DNA of 64,000 nt from Eledone cirrhosa (Eukaryota): contig OZ024750.1 in assembly GCA_964016885.1 (NCBI GenBank), positions 36,022,001-36,086,000 of the forward strand. The letters are read 5' to 3'. The notes beneath the pieces were generated by a model, which worked only from the letters and a program-made list of their open reading frames with translations, was not told the DNA's origin and searched no databases. Below are positions 1 through 13,080 of the stretch, piece by piece; position 1 is the first letter of the stretch, and each line of letters starts with the position of its first letter. A program made the position numbers and the translations under genes.

Positions 1-175
1 ACTGATTTTGCTATAAGTACCAGATCGTCAGCATAAAGAAATTCTCATGGGCAACCAGTCTTAAACTCCTCTGATATGGCTTGGGGGACTATAATGAATA
101 AGAGTGTGCTGATAGAAACAGACATTGTATATGTATAGTCGACCTCCTGTACTTTGTAAATGTACCAATTTATAA
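1..175 (-). mobile_element. RTE-clade LINE reverse transcriptase fragment (degenerate)
   Basis: Minus strand reads ...STLLFIIVPQAISEEFKTGCP*EFLYADDLVLIAKS, the YADD catalytic region, with an in-frame stop. Confidence 0.8.
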
Positions 176-179
176 ACAT

Positions 180-240
<61 letters not shown>

Positions 241-335
241 TGTGTGTTTTTTCTTTCCTCATCTTTTTCCTCATTTTTCTCCATTCCTTCTTCTTATCAC
301 TTTTTACTTTCTATTTGTCTTCTATTTCTAACTCT

Positions 336-373
336 ATCTTTTGATGAAGGACTAGTATCCGAAACGCCAAGAT
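336..373 (+). ncRNA. Degenerate minimal type-I hammerhead motif in a microsatellite-flanked element (~240-462)
   Basis: ATCTT-TTGATGA-A-GGA(ctagta)TCC-GAAA-CGCC-AAGAT. Stem I is ATCTT/AAGAT; the core has two substitutions. A related copy lies at 24462-24500. Confidence 0.65.
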
Positions 374-2319
374 TCTCTTCCTGCTATTTCAAGCATTAAA
401 CTAGTATATTTCTTCTGTGTACTGTGCTGTTTGTTTTGTTATTTCTGTTTACCTTTTACATACACACACACACACATATATATAATGCATTAGATAAATG
501 TTTTCCAAAATCACATAAATACAGACAAATCGTTATCAACACCCGATTAAACTTTCTTACTCAACAACCAAAAGCATAGCCCAGTATATAACGAAGATTA
601 ATAATAGAAATCTGGGAATTAAACATAAAGAGAAAACACACAATAACAATCATAAAAACACTGATAGAGTAAACAGCAACTCGAACAACAGACATAACAC
701 CATTGACACAAATGAGACAAACCAACGGACACACAGACACAGAGAAGCAACAGTAACGAGAATAATTGCAATTGTAGAGACCATAACAGATGTTCTATGC
801 AAAATAATTGTTTAGATAAAGGTATTGTTTATGAATGGAGAGTAACAATTTCCAAAGCAATCTTTTATGAAGAACAGTCAGATAAAAATTTACCTAATTT
901 TTCTTCTTAGTCTGTAGAAATTAACTAGACAAATAATCATTTAAACGGAGCTAAGTTTAGAATGTAAGTTTGAAGAAATAATAGATAAATGTTACCAATA
1001 TTCCTCTAGTCCCAACTGTCGACAGTTTCACTTGTACCTTGTGGAAATGTCTAATTGTTGCATTATCCATGAGGCTCCGAGCTTTTCAAGAGACTCCCTC
1101 AGTTAGGACCGAAATTTCGAAAGTGATCGCCGTCAGTAATGAATTCAAAATGAGTGAAAATCATCATGTGGCTAACGGTCAAGATAGAATTGTTGTGAAG
1201 GGTAGGCTGGTGGCAAATAAGTTCATTGCTAGAAGAAGCAGTTAGTTACCACCTAAGGATTACTCAACCGTAAGGGAGTATAGGACAAAGCCATAAAGAC
1301 ATATATATATATATATATAAAACAGACACTGAAGCACTGATGGGATAAAGTTAATATAAAGAGTGATGTGCGTTTGTATGGAGACACTATAAAATAGCTT
1401 ATAAAGCAAGAATCTTCACCCCTACTTTATAAGCCATTTTATAGCATCTCTGCACGTGAGCACACTGCTTTTTATATTTACTGAAAGAAATTTTGATATG
1501 TTCAGATTATAATTTGTAATGTAACCTTTCCCATAACTATTGCTTACTAGCACTGGAGAACAACCAATATTATTTGTAGAAATAATTGAAAAAGTGTGTG
1601 AAGTAGCAAGGAGCAAGAAGTAGGCTTTTGAAATATAATATGTAAAAAAAGAAAGAATAACAATATAAAAACAGTCCCAGACAACTGGTGGTAACTTTCA
1701 TTGCCAAGAATAATACAGTTTGTTAGTTTGGATCAATTTGTATAGCAGGGGGAGAAGACAAATCTGTCTTTTTAGGATGTCCCATCAACTGAGAGAGAGA
1801 TTTCAAACACATGGACAGTTTTTAGAAGCCTCATATTTCTCCTCTCTCCACTGCATACAAACTTATTGAAAGTAACTTTGCTTTTGAAACATAAGCACTT
1901 TATTTTCTTTACTGCTAGTTGTCAATATGTGTGTTTAATGGTGGGAATATTCTTCTAAGTTTTATATATAAAAAAATCTATTATATTCAACAGAAGACTG
2001 TTGTAGTTAGTTTGTTGGAAGCATTGTGGAATATTTTAAAGATAACATGTGAATAAGTCAATAGCTAGCTTTTCTTATTGATATTAATTTTTCAATCTCT
2101 ATTACTGTAGTCTTCTAATACACTGTATTACCATCACACCTGATTGTAACATATAATTTGATAAGAGACAAGTTCCTTTGACAGTTGAGACCCTAACGTT
2201 GAGGCCACCAGTTAGCTCCAAAGGGACATTCTCCTACCTCTATTGCTGTAGACTTCTATAATACAATGTGTTAACATCACACCTCATATGAAACAGTGTC
2301 TCCCTTATTGTTTTATATA

Positions 2320-2490
2320 CTATTGTATTTTCACGGTAAAGGCTTTATCTCACATAATATCAAATCTATGACATTTTGATCTTATTTATTTTGAGAACAT
2401 TACCTTGACATCAGTATGAGCAGCCAGTTACAGCCAGTTTGAACAGAAAGAGGTGAGAGAATTCTGGCCAGATATGGCTAGTTTAAATTC
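2320..2490 (+). mobile_element. Partial piggyBac-type MITE
   Basis: Internal sequence matches the TTAA-flanked copy at 13671-13896. Confidence 0.7.
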
Positions 2491-2694
2491 TGTGAATAGC
2501 CTAAATCTGTCACAAGCTCTCCTATCCAGATGTCATAACCAGATTTAGACAATGCTATGAACAATAGAACTACATAGAGATCTATTGTTGTGCCCATTTC
2601 AGCTGAGACTGAAGGAGGGTAATAATGATGATGATGGGGATGATGACACTGCATTTATATATCATTTTCAAATGGTTTTTCACCCAAGAATCAT

Positions 2695-3047
2695 CATTAT
2701 CATCATCATCAACATTATCATTTTTATGGCCACTTTTCATGCTAGCTTGGGTTGGGCAAACTGTAACAGTGGAAGACCAGACAGACTGGAGTGACAAGTC
2801 TTGTTCATTACATTTCATATTTGGCATGGTGTCTGTCACTGGATACTTTTCAGATTGCAAACAATTTTACAGGGTGTTCAGCGTGTGGTTTTCATGATAT
2901 CACCATTACCATTTTACAGAATGAACAGGGTACATTTTATCATGGTACTAACACTAACACTTTACAAAGGGTACTAGGTACATTTTATCATGGTACCAAC
3001 ACTAACACTTTACAAGGGATACTGGGTACATTTTATCATGGCACCAT
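2695..3047 (-). mobile_element. SINE with RTE-like (ATG)n tail and a ~4x 48-bp internal tandem expansion
   Basis: (CAT)n followed by the family tail. The motif ttttatcatgg recurs at 2935, 2983 and 3031 (period 48). Confidence 0.65.
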
Positions 3048-6000
3048 CAAACATAAATTAATGACAATTTTTCTAATTTCAAAATTGAAGATAACACAAA
3101 TAAGTTTTGTTCTGATTTATAAAATAAAATTTTCTGATTATCTTAATATATTTCAGAATATTGCTTCATTTGATCTATATACTGGTCATATGAGAAATAG
3201 GGGCCATCCCATTAGAGGGTTTACATTATTCATTCTCCATTTTTTTAAAGGGAACACATATTTTCTATTTTCTAGCATAATCTGAGAAAGCAATCATCTA
3301 TACAAAGATATATTTAAGAATGACACAACAAATCAATGTTTGGGATTTCATATTAGATCAAAATATGGTTTTATAGCAAAATAATTGCTTATTAACATCA
3401 ACTTTATTGCTGCCATATAATGTTAATAATATATATTTATTTAATTATTTATTTAATCAATTTAAACGTCTGTATAGAGCTCGTAAGCCATGGCAGATTA
3501 GTGAAGATGGCAGATGGTGAAGTATTTAGTACCTCTTACTGTTAAGAAACAATAACAAGATAGACAGAGAGATATCTTTTGGCTACTGTGGAGGCTCATT
3601 TAATGATAGAGAAGTATATATTAGATATATTCACAAATGAGAGCAATGCAATAATAGAGAAAAAGATCCTAAAAGTAGATGTGAGTAGTACTTTACAATT
3701 TAGCAAATCATTTGGAAGCAGCTTATAATCAAATTGTCTGCATTATTTGTAATATCTTCTGCAGTGTCAAATTTTCAATAATGCATCAGAGATAAATCAA
3801 AGGGATACTTTACAAATACTTTATATAGAAATAATTAGAAATGTAATTTGAAGATGCAGATTTCTGTCATGTTTACACTTGGTTAATTGGCTTTCTGGTA
3901 ACAATGAATTGCAATTTTCCTTTCTTATTAAGATATAATTATATGAAAATAACTTAGCTAGCCTCAATCCCTAGTTGAATGTTGTAAAGAAATTCATTTT
4001 AATTCAAACTATGTAATTTAGTGTGAAAATCAAAGTAATAAATTTTATGTATTTTATGAATATTTATGGAATATATTTGAATTAATGTGAAAATATTCTG
4101 TTACAAAAGAAAGAAATTATTTCAACACCTTTGCAGCTGAGTATAAAAGGATTTCAATGAAGCCTGTAAGAAAGACAAATATATTAATATTGCTATGTGA
4201 TGTGTAAGGAGAATGAGAGATGTATAACAAAAGTACTGAGTGCTTAGATGGATGGAAGCTCTGAAAGAGGAAGAGCAAGGAAGACATGAGACAAGTTTGT
4301 AAAAAATGGCTTCAAGAAACTGAACTTGATGAAGGAGATAACATAGGAGCTAGATAATTGGTAATATGCCATATTACAAAAGACCCACTCCTAAGTACAA
4401 ACATTGCAACACTAAAATAAAAAGTAAAGGACTTGAGACTATCTGGAGTAGAGAAACCCTTTTAGTCTTTAGTGGATGTGACAAACTCCTTAGTAGTGAT
4501 GTCACAATTGAATGAGCAGAGTAGAGTATTCATCTAGGCCCAGTAAAGGGGTGAGTAAACACACTGAAACAATACCATTGAGTAAAGAAGATTCTCTGGT
4601 TCTGCTGAGAACATAACCTCTCTAGTGTTGGTGTCATGATAAAATACATCAAGTATATTCTGTAAAGTCTGTACAATAAATACAATTTAATAGAAAAAGA
4701 AAAGAAAATTAGATTGAGAAAAAATAGAATTAAAAAAAAACAGAAAAGGAAGGGAAAGGCAAGGGCTCTAGTGTCACAAAAGAATGAGGAGAGGGAGGCT
4801 GATCGGGCTCTGGGCCTAGGGCACGGCAGTAATGGGGCTGCACCCCACGGACAGGACAGTAAAAGCATTCCATCGAATGCTTTTCTGTAAAATGTTAGTG
4901 CTACTGCCACAATAAAATGTATCCAGTACACTCTATAAGGTGTCTGCCAGTACGAATGGCATCTAGCCATAGAAACCAGGCTAAATATAGAATGTATGAG
5001 GTTGATAAGGTCTTTCCAAGCTGTTTTGTCATAGACCATGACAACTTATTCAACCCATGTTAACTAAATGGTTACTTTGTTCTTCATTCAATTCTAACAA
5101 AAAGGAACCTGTGGAGACTAAATTTCTTAGTGAGAGTAAATAAATATGAATATGGGACTGTCTATTTACACATTCATAAACTTATTAGTTTAGTATATTT
5201 TAAAATGATGTAGAAATGATTATAATATCCAGTTCTGAAAAACCACATAATTTAGGTGAAGTTTATTTGTTAACTGAAATATTATATTGATCGCATGTGT
5301 TTTATATGGCCAAGCTATCAAATATATTCTTTTCCTCATGAATCATTCATTATTATATTTATTATGTCCATTACCAGTAGAATAAAAATAAGCCCCTAGT
5401 GTGTCAACGTTTTAATTCTCTATGCATTAAATATGCTAACATGAGTTTACCTCGTTTATTTTTCATGCCCACGCTGTCTTTCAATTATCTAATTTCTAAA
5501 CAGTTCTTTATATTCATGTTTTATTATTCGTTTTTTTTCTTTGATTTCTAGTAATGAACTTTTTCTTTGAGCCCAACAATTCAAAAACAAAATTATATCC
5601 TATCTATAACTTTAAATAGTACCTCGGAAGCCAGGCTAATTATTTGTTTTCTATGACCATATTTCTTAATCTATATTTTACTCAATGATTCTTTATCAAA
5701 ACAACCTTCAATATTTTCTCTTCTAATATTTATCTACTTTCCTTTCAAAACACATCTCCATTAAATCATTCACTGCAGTATTTCTATTCCCAAATGAGTG
5801 TTTCATCAACTTGTCCTCTCCTTTTCATAATTTCTAACTCCGTTCACTTTCCTCCTTTCTACTATTCAATACGCATCTAACATTTATTGTTAACATCAAG
5901 AGATGAATATCTGAATAACAATGAATAAAACTTTTGGAGGTGAGAATTAGATCAGCCACTCACTGCTTCAGTGCTTTATCTATTAAACTGCCATTAGACA

Positions 6001-6488
6001 GCATCATGCTATTGTGAGAGACAGTATATTATTATGGAAAATAGAACATATTGCTGTGGTATACATAAGTTTAATCTGCCACATACAGTGAAGTTCTTTC
6101 ATATGAGAAGGTAACCAGGCTAGACAATTTCATTAGCCACTGGGAAAATCCCATAACTACATTGCATTTAACACCCACTGTTTTTATTTATTCTATTTTA
6201 TTCTGCTTTTGGTATTTCATTTATAATTAATTTCTATTGAAACTGTTGGGAAATAATTGCTATCCTGGTATTAATAGCTGAGAAAGAGATTGTTTAGTGA
6301 TAGGTAGAGTGCTGAAGTAAATATCAGACAAATAGCTTAGCCATCATATTTCTCACACTGAATTGTCTTTTGTCAGTTTGTGTTTCAACCCTGAAGATAT
6401 AGTCACATATATAGAAAAGGAATGTAGATACTTCTACTGAATCTGCTATGATGACCTCTTCTACTCTAACATAACATGAAGAAAATAT

Positions 6489-6560
6489 TTAACAACAACA
6501 ATAACAATAGCAACAACAACAGCAACAGCAACAACAGCAACAACAGAAACAAAAACAACA
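6489..6560. repeat. (CAA/CAG)n microsatellite
   Basis: Directly visible. Confidence 0.9.
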
Positions 6561-6714
6561 CATTAATACACTAATTAAATATCCATTGAGAACATAGTAT
6601 CTTGTTGCATGTTGAAGGGAAAAAAAATAGATAAAATGTAATAAATAAATAAAATAGAAAGATATTGTGGAAATGGTAATGAAGACTCTGACCAATAGAA
6701 CAGAAATATCTGTG

Positions 6715-6928
6715 GATTAACAGAATTGTGAGGACTTTTGGTAAAATCTTTTGTAGCATTTGTTCCAGCTCTTTACATTCTGAGTTCAAATCCCACTGAG
6801 GTCAATTTTACCTTTTATCCTTCCAGGATCAATAAAATAAAATACCAATCAAGTACTAAGATCAATATTATCAATTTCCTCTCCTTTTCTCCCAAACTAC
6901 CAGCCTTGTACCTAAATTAGAAACCATT
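6715..6928 (+). mobile_element. Degenerate tRNA-derived SINE (family C)
   Basis: B-box gagttcaaatccc plus the core ...cctttt atccttccaggatcaataaaataaaatacc. Confidence 0.7.
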
Positions 6929-6929
6929 T

Positions 6930-7106
6930 GAACTTGGATGGAGGTTGTCCATTAAGATCAAGTTAGGCTTGGCTTGGCCCGGCCCAAGTGAGACTGGTGG
7001 ACAGAGACAAATGGAGCGAGATACTAAGAAGTGCTGTCAGACAGGACCCACTCCTACTTAGGGATTAATTGTGTCCTGCAGAGTAAAAACTGGATGATGA
7101 TGATGA
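6930..7106 (+). mobile_element. RTE LINE 3' end fragment
   Basis: Resembles the 3' end of the element at 8978-9868 and ends in (GAT)n. Confidence 0.5.
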
Positions 7107-7898
7107 CTGCAATGAATTGACAGTCATTAGAATGTCAATATGTTTTGAAGTTTTTGTTTCTGCTCCTTCAGTTCAAATTCTTTCAAGGTTAACTTTGCCT
7201 TTCGAGGTTGGTAAAATTAAGTACCATTTCAGTACTGAGGTCGATTCTTTTACTATATCTCTTTCTCTCTTCCTCTCTCTCACTTCTCTGGAAGAAATTT
7301 TCTGTGTTCAGATCTGGAGAGGAGATGGGCTCCACCAGGTTTTTAAATGCCTAAGAAACACTGTATGCCACTATGGTGCCTCTATGACTCTATCAGGAGT
7401 TATGGGACCATATCATACCATATCATATCATATCATAATGTAGATTTAGAATTTTGAGTTGGCAAAATCTTTTTCATAGAATTTGATTTTTACAGTCTTA
7501 AAACATGATGCAATCAAAAAATGTTTTTAACTGTACAGTAATGCCTATATCTGCATAATCTTTACACAGCTTTACACATCTGGTACAACTTGACAAATTA
7601 AGGAGCAGTAAGGCATATTCTTCAATTATTGGTGGTTCCAATAAGAATTCTCCCCATATGAAACGATGGTAGGGTGATCTATATATAAGCAAGTTTAGAT
7701 AGAATATTTTTTTTGCCTATCTTGTTTGTACTCCCATAAATAGAGTTTTTCTCACTTTATTTTGATATATAGTAACTATATGCAGTATACCCTGACATTC
7801 ACAGTCTCAGTTATTTGTGGAATTTTCCTAGAACCTAACTAATAATTGTTTGTAGAAACCACCGTATATTTGCGGAATCGTAAATATCTTCTTTATGG

Positions 7899-8147
7899 CT
7901 TTTTTCATGGCAATATATATTTTCTAATGCTAAATTATTAATAACAATATACCATATTTGCAGCTTTTTTCATGGCAATATATATTTTCTAATGCTAAAT
8001 TATTAATAACAATATACCGTATTTGCAGCTTTTTTCATGGCAATATATATTTTCTAATGCTAAATTATTAATTAGAATATACAATATTTGTAGCTTTTTT
8101 CATGGCAATATATATTTTCTAATGCTAAATTATTAATAACAATATAC
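7899..8147. repeat. 65-bp minisatellite, ~4 copies
   Basis: catggcaatatata recurs at 7906, 7971, 8036 and 8101. Confidence 0.95.
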
Positions 8148-8394
8148 CTGTGTAGGTGTCACGAAAAAAAAACACACACAGTCCACGCTGTAATGTGGCC
8201 GTGTAGGTAACACGGTAAAAACCTCCCAGTCCACACTGTAAACGTGGTTGGTGTTAGGAAGGCCATCCAGCCGTAGAAAACCCGCCAGACAGTCCTATAT
8301 GAGCGAGACAACCAATCTTGCCTCAAGTGGGAAAACTCCCGTCCAAACCCATGCAAGTGTGGAAGATGGACGTTAAGCGATGATGATGATGATG
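8148..8394 (+). mobile_element. SINE family B (aggaagggcatccagcc core, RTE-like tail, (ATG)n)
   Basis: Reverse complement of 31773-32060; terminal gatgatgatg. Confidence 0.8.
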
Positions 8395-8977
8395 TTAGTG
8401 AGAAGGTTTAAATAAAATCCTTGAATTTTGGGCATAATTGGACAAGCATATAACAGTAATAAGCGAATAATGGGATTTTAAAATACAAGATTATTTAGAA
8501 CCAGACAGAATTATAGAATAGCATTGAAAAACAGCAAGGATTGGATTCTGGGTGATGATACGGAAATATGGATGGACCAGAAAGATGGAGAGAGAAGAAA
8601 AAAAATGGCACTTTACATTACATTTCACAGGGGAGCGAGCAGTGTGACCATTAATAAGATTTGACAAATTCTGAGATTCGTACCTCGTAACAGGTTTATT
8701 TTATATTTGGTGAGAGAAGGGAGTGATTGAGAGAGGAGGGAACCAGCAGGCGCGTATACGATATGGGGGGGGGGGGTAGTAAAGATTAGGAGGAGCAAGG
8801 AGGCCATTTTATAAATCCTAGAATTTTCGGCCAAAATTAAACGAACGAGATTATTTTAGAAAAACAAACGAGAAGGTTTATATATATATACATATATATA
8901 GATCAGTTTTATAAATAAATATTGACATACCCTTAAAGAATGCGACCATTTCTGTTGGAAACTCCCGGATAGTATAC

Positions 8978-9868
8978 ATCATCATCATCATCATTTTACG
9001 TCCGCTTTTCCCTGCTTGCAAGGGTGTGACGGGTCTTATTCAGCACAGCATCTCTCCACTCGTCACGGTCCTTCGTCATCTCCACCGTGAGCTTCAATAA
9101 TCTGAGGTCTGTTCTCACCACCTCTGCCCATGTTTTTCATGGTCTACCTGTACCACGTCTTCCTTCAACTGGCATTTCCTGGCACTTCTTCACCCATCGG
9201 TCATCCTCCATGCGCATCACATGTCCATACCACCTCAGTCTCCTCTCTCGTACACTACATTCTATCCCTCTCAGACACAGTTTCTCTCTCAACACATTTA
9301 TGCTGGGTCGTTCACGCACATTTACACTGCACATCCAACGGAACATGCTTGCCTCATTTCTCTCCAGCCGTCGCATATCCTCTGCAGTTGCTGCCCATGA
9401 CTCACTACCATGCAGCATCGCGCTCCTCACACAGGCATCATACAACCGGCCTTTCGTATGCAGGGAGAAACCCTTCTTCGTCAACAGAGGAAGCAGCTCC
9501 CTAAACTTCTTCCAACCCATCCTTATTCTAGATACTATGGCCTCAGAACACCCTCCTCCCATGCTAATCTGATCTCCTAGGTACCGGAAGCTATCCACCA
9601 CTTCTATAGCACCCTCCTGCATCTGAAAAATGTGTCTATCAATGCGACTTCTACTGTCTAATTTCCCTGTACATCTACTGCATACATATTTCTCCCTACC
9701 TGTTAGTTTGCCTGCTAATCTGCTACATGTCTTGTGTACCCAGGATCTGCTTTGTGTGCATTTTATAGAATTTATGCCAGTTCCTTTTCTGCATATCGAA
9801 CATGGCCATTTCCCTGACGGAATCAGGGTTTTGCCCTCTTTTCTACTCATCAACACTTTTGTCTTAGC
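8978..9868 (-). mobile_element. 5'-truncated RTE-clade LINE (post-RT region with PHD-like Cys/His finger, 3' UTR, (ATG)n tail)
   Basis: ORF 9137-9952 contains KTKVL..WPCSICRKG..C..WVHKTC..CSRC, FRYLG, MLHGSESW and RLRWYGHV, typical RTE C-terminal motifs. The (CAT)n tail is at 8978-8994. Confidence 0.9.
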
Positions 9869-10145
9869 TATACATATATATATCTTTATTTGGTTCCAAC
9901 TAGAGTAAAGAAGATAAAAGCATTGATTATGAACACGTTGATTGTGATTCAAATGAAGAGAGAAAGGTATTCAGAAAGATTTCAAAGAGAATCGGATTTC
10001 TTTATTTTTATTTGATTATTTTATGATATGCTGATGATAACCCCAGTTAGTTGGTACATTTCACATCTCTCACCAATTGAAACTCATATAATCTTTGATG
10101 TTGTGACAGAATGTTCTGTCTCTCTGTGCGTGTAGTCTGTATAAT

Positions 10146-10185
10146 TGTGTGTATATGTGTGTGTATGTAGATACGTGTGTGTATG

Positions 10186-10218
<33 letters not shown>

Positions 10219-10545
10219 TTGTATGTATATATATATGTATGTGTGTGTTTGTATGTGTATATGTGTGTGTATGTAGATACGTGTGTGTATGTATATATAT
10301 ATATATGTGTGTGTGTGTGTTTGTATGTATATATGTATGTGTGTGTGTTTGTATGTATATATGTGTGTGTGTATATATGTATGTGTATATGTATGTGGTG
10401 TGTGTGTGTGCATATGTGTGTCTCTGTATGTGTATATGTGTATATATATATATGTGTGTGTATATATATGTGTGTGTGTGTGTGTGTGTATATATATGTG
10501 TGTATGTGTGTATATATGTATGTGTGTGTATATATATATGTACGT
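10146..10545. repeat. Compound (TG)/(TA) microsatellite
   Basis: Directly visible. Confidence 0.95.
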
Positions 10546-10987
10546 GAGTGTAGCTAAATGTATTGATTAAGTATTGACTAAAAGATTGATGATTTATATC
10601 CTTATATTCTATTTCGCTACATCAATAAGAAAAAATACATCCATAGGTGACATGGATAGTAACTGTTTTATTGTTTGAACCGCTTTATTTTATTTTGTAG
10701 AGGAGTTCAAGTACAGGTCAATAGGGCTGGGAAAGAGCTTGCTCCTTCTTTATTTTACTTCTTTTTCTTCTTCTTTTCGTATCTTCGAAGCATGTGGTTA
10801 TACGACAGTTTCCCATTTCTTTACACAGTCCTTTGCATTAATATTAAATTCTGTGAGATCTTTTAAGCTGCACTGGTTGGGTAGTAGAGGGCAAACAAGG
10901 CAGTGCTGCATTGTATGGTCCTCCTCTTTGCATTCGCAGATGGTTGGGCCCCGGTCTTGTAGCCCCATCTGGCCATAGCAGCTTTAT

Positions 10988-11200
10988 TTAACCTTTTAGC
11001 ATTTAAACTGGCTGTATCCGGCCAGAATTCTTTGCCATTTTTTAAACTGGCTATAATTAGCATCTCACACTGAGGTTAAGATATCGTTCTTAAAATAAGC
11101 AATAACATCATCAAAATCTTGTAGACACGAGATTATGTGAGATAAAACCATGAAAAGACAACAGTAAATATAGAGTAATGTAAATGCTAGTGTTAAAGTT
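10988..11200 (-). mobile_element. Degenerate piggyBac-type MITE
   Basis: Begins TTAACCTTTTAGCATTTAAA; homologous to 23707-23895. Confidence 0.7.
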
Positions 11201-11519
11201 GGATGATAACATGCTTATCACAACACCCAACTCTACTTCCTGGTCAATGGTTGACTTTAACAGAATTTCCTCTGTTGCAAACATCCAGAGCAGGCTCCAT
11301 GCATGAGGTTATTGTCACCTCACAGAATACAATGTACCAAGACCTGCACTTTCTCTACATACCCAAAATTAGAATTTAACCTGCTGGGCAATACTCATTT
11401 TTTCTAACATCTGGTACCTTCAATCCAACCTTGATCCCTCATATCACTTCTTGCTAACATAAACTACATTTCTTAGTCCTTTCTAAGACACTAATCTCTC
11501 AACTCTTATATACACCTTA

Positions 11520-12160
11520 TTTTTGCTGTTCAGGCTTTTATGGCTTTATCTATGGTACAGTTCCACCACCATGTCACCTCTTGTCTGGTACCTTGCCACA
11601 ACCCAAACCTCATCTGTGGTCTTCAGTAACTAGTCTCAAAGAACTTTCCAGTATTCCTCCACGTCATAAGACTTCAATATCTCACAAAAGTTTCAACTAG
11701 AATCTCTCTAAACCTATGAGTGTTTGAAGAATCTTCAGTTTTCCATATTCTTCTTTTCCAGATGGTTTTAGGTTTGGCCATGTCTTACTCTCAAGTCACT
11801 AATCACCACTCTATGACAGATGGTTCATTTTTCACCAGGGAAGGACTAGTTATTTGTAATTAGCAGTCTATCCCATTCCTTAGTGAGAATAAACTCAATC
11901 TTGTTTGTGTGTTCTCCTAATTGGTTTCCTAAAATTGATGTTGCAAATTGTCAAGTCATCAGCATCACAATACTCCAGTGGCTGTGATCCCTCTTCATTT
12001 TGGACATCAACTCCATAATCACCATAGACTCCATGGTATACATCTTGGTGCTGTCCTACAAGACCATTGAAGTCACGAACCACAATACTGATGTCACAGT
12101 CGTTCATCATTGAAGTAATCTGTAAGAGGACCTCATAGAAATGATCCTTTTGTACATCTG
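11520..12160 (-). mobile_element. RTE LINE endonuclease-region fragment (degenerate)
   Basis: ORF 11895-12191 contains KDHFYE..IVVRDFNGLVG..QNEEG..LEYC..LTICNINFRK, an APE domain of RTE type. Confidence 0.8.
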
Positions 12161-13080
12161 GAAAGTCTGCTAAAATGGCCCTTCTGTTCATCTGGAAGAT
12201 CTACTGAAATGACGCTTTTGTACATCTGGAAAGTTTGCTAAAATGACCCTTCTGTTCATCTGGAAGATCTACTGAAATGACGCTTTTGTACATCTGGAAA
12301 GTCTGCTAAAATGGCCCTTCTGTTCATCTGGAAGATCTACTGAAATGACGCTTTTGTACATCTGGAAAGTCTGCTAAAATGGCCCTTCTGTTCATCTGGA
12401 AGATCTACTGAAATGACGCTTTTGTATATCTGGAAAGTCTGCTAAAATGGCCCTTCTGTTCATCTGGAAAGTCTGCTAAAATGGCCCTTCTGTTCATCTG
12501 GAAGATCTATTGAAATGACGCTTTTGTACATCTGGAAAGTCTGCTAAAATGGCCCTTCTGTTCATCTGGAAGATCTACTGAAATGACGCTTTTGTACATC
12601 TGGAAAGTCTGCTAAAATGGCCCTTCTGTTCATCTGGAAGATCTACTGAAATGACGCTTTTGTACATCTGGAAAGTCTGCTAAAATGGCCCTTCTGTTCA
12701 TCTGGAAGATCTACTGAAATGACGCTTTTGTACATCTGGAAAGTCTGCTAAAATGGCCCTTCTGTTCATCTGGAAGATCTACTGAAATGACGCTTTTGTA
12801 CATCTGGAAAGTCTGCTAAAATGACCCTACTGTTCATCTGGAAGATCTACTAAAATGACGCTTTTGTACATCTGGAAGGTCTGCTAAAATAGCCCTTCTG
12901 TCCATCTGGAAAGTCTGCTAAAATGGCCCTTCTGTTCATCTGGAAGATCTATTGAAATGACGCTTTTGTACATCTGGAAAGTCTGCTAAAATGGCCCTTC
13001 TGTTCATCTGGAAGATCTACTGAAATGACGCTTTTGTACATCTGGAAAGTCTGCTAAAATAGCCCTTCTGTTCATCTACA
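12147..13080. repeat. 68-bp minisatellite (~14 copies) made of two related ~34-bp subunits
   Basis: cttttgtacatctgg recurs at 12215, 12283 and onward (period 68). Confidence 0.95.

Noticed and set aside
1100-1140. Hammerhead-like CTGACGG..GAAA..GGTC on the minus strand
   Set aside because: Core mismatch and weak stems I and II; not supportable alone.
7498-7692. Short ORF or possible exon on either strand
   Set aside because: No recognisable homology and ambiguous splice signals.
10084-10570. ORFs rich in YI, CV or HT dipeptides (also ~45-400, 16406-16786, 30246-31446, 46624-46991)
   Set aside because: Translations of dinucleotide microsatellites.
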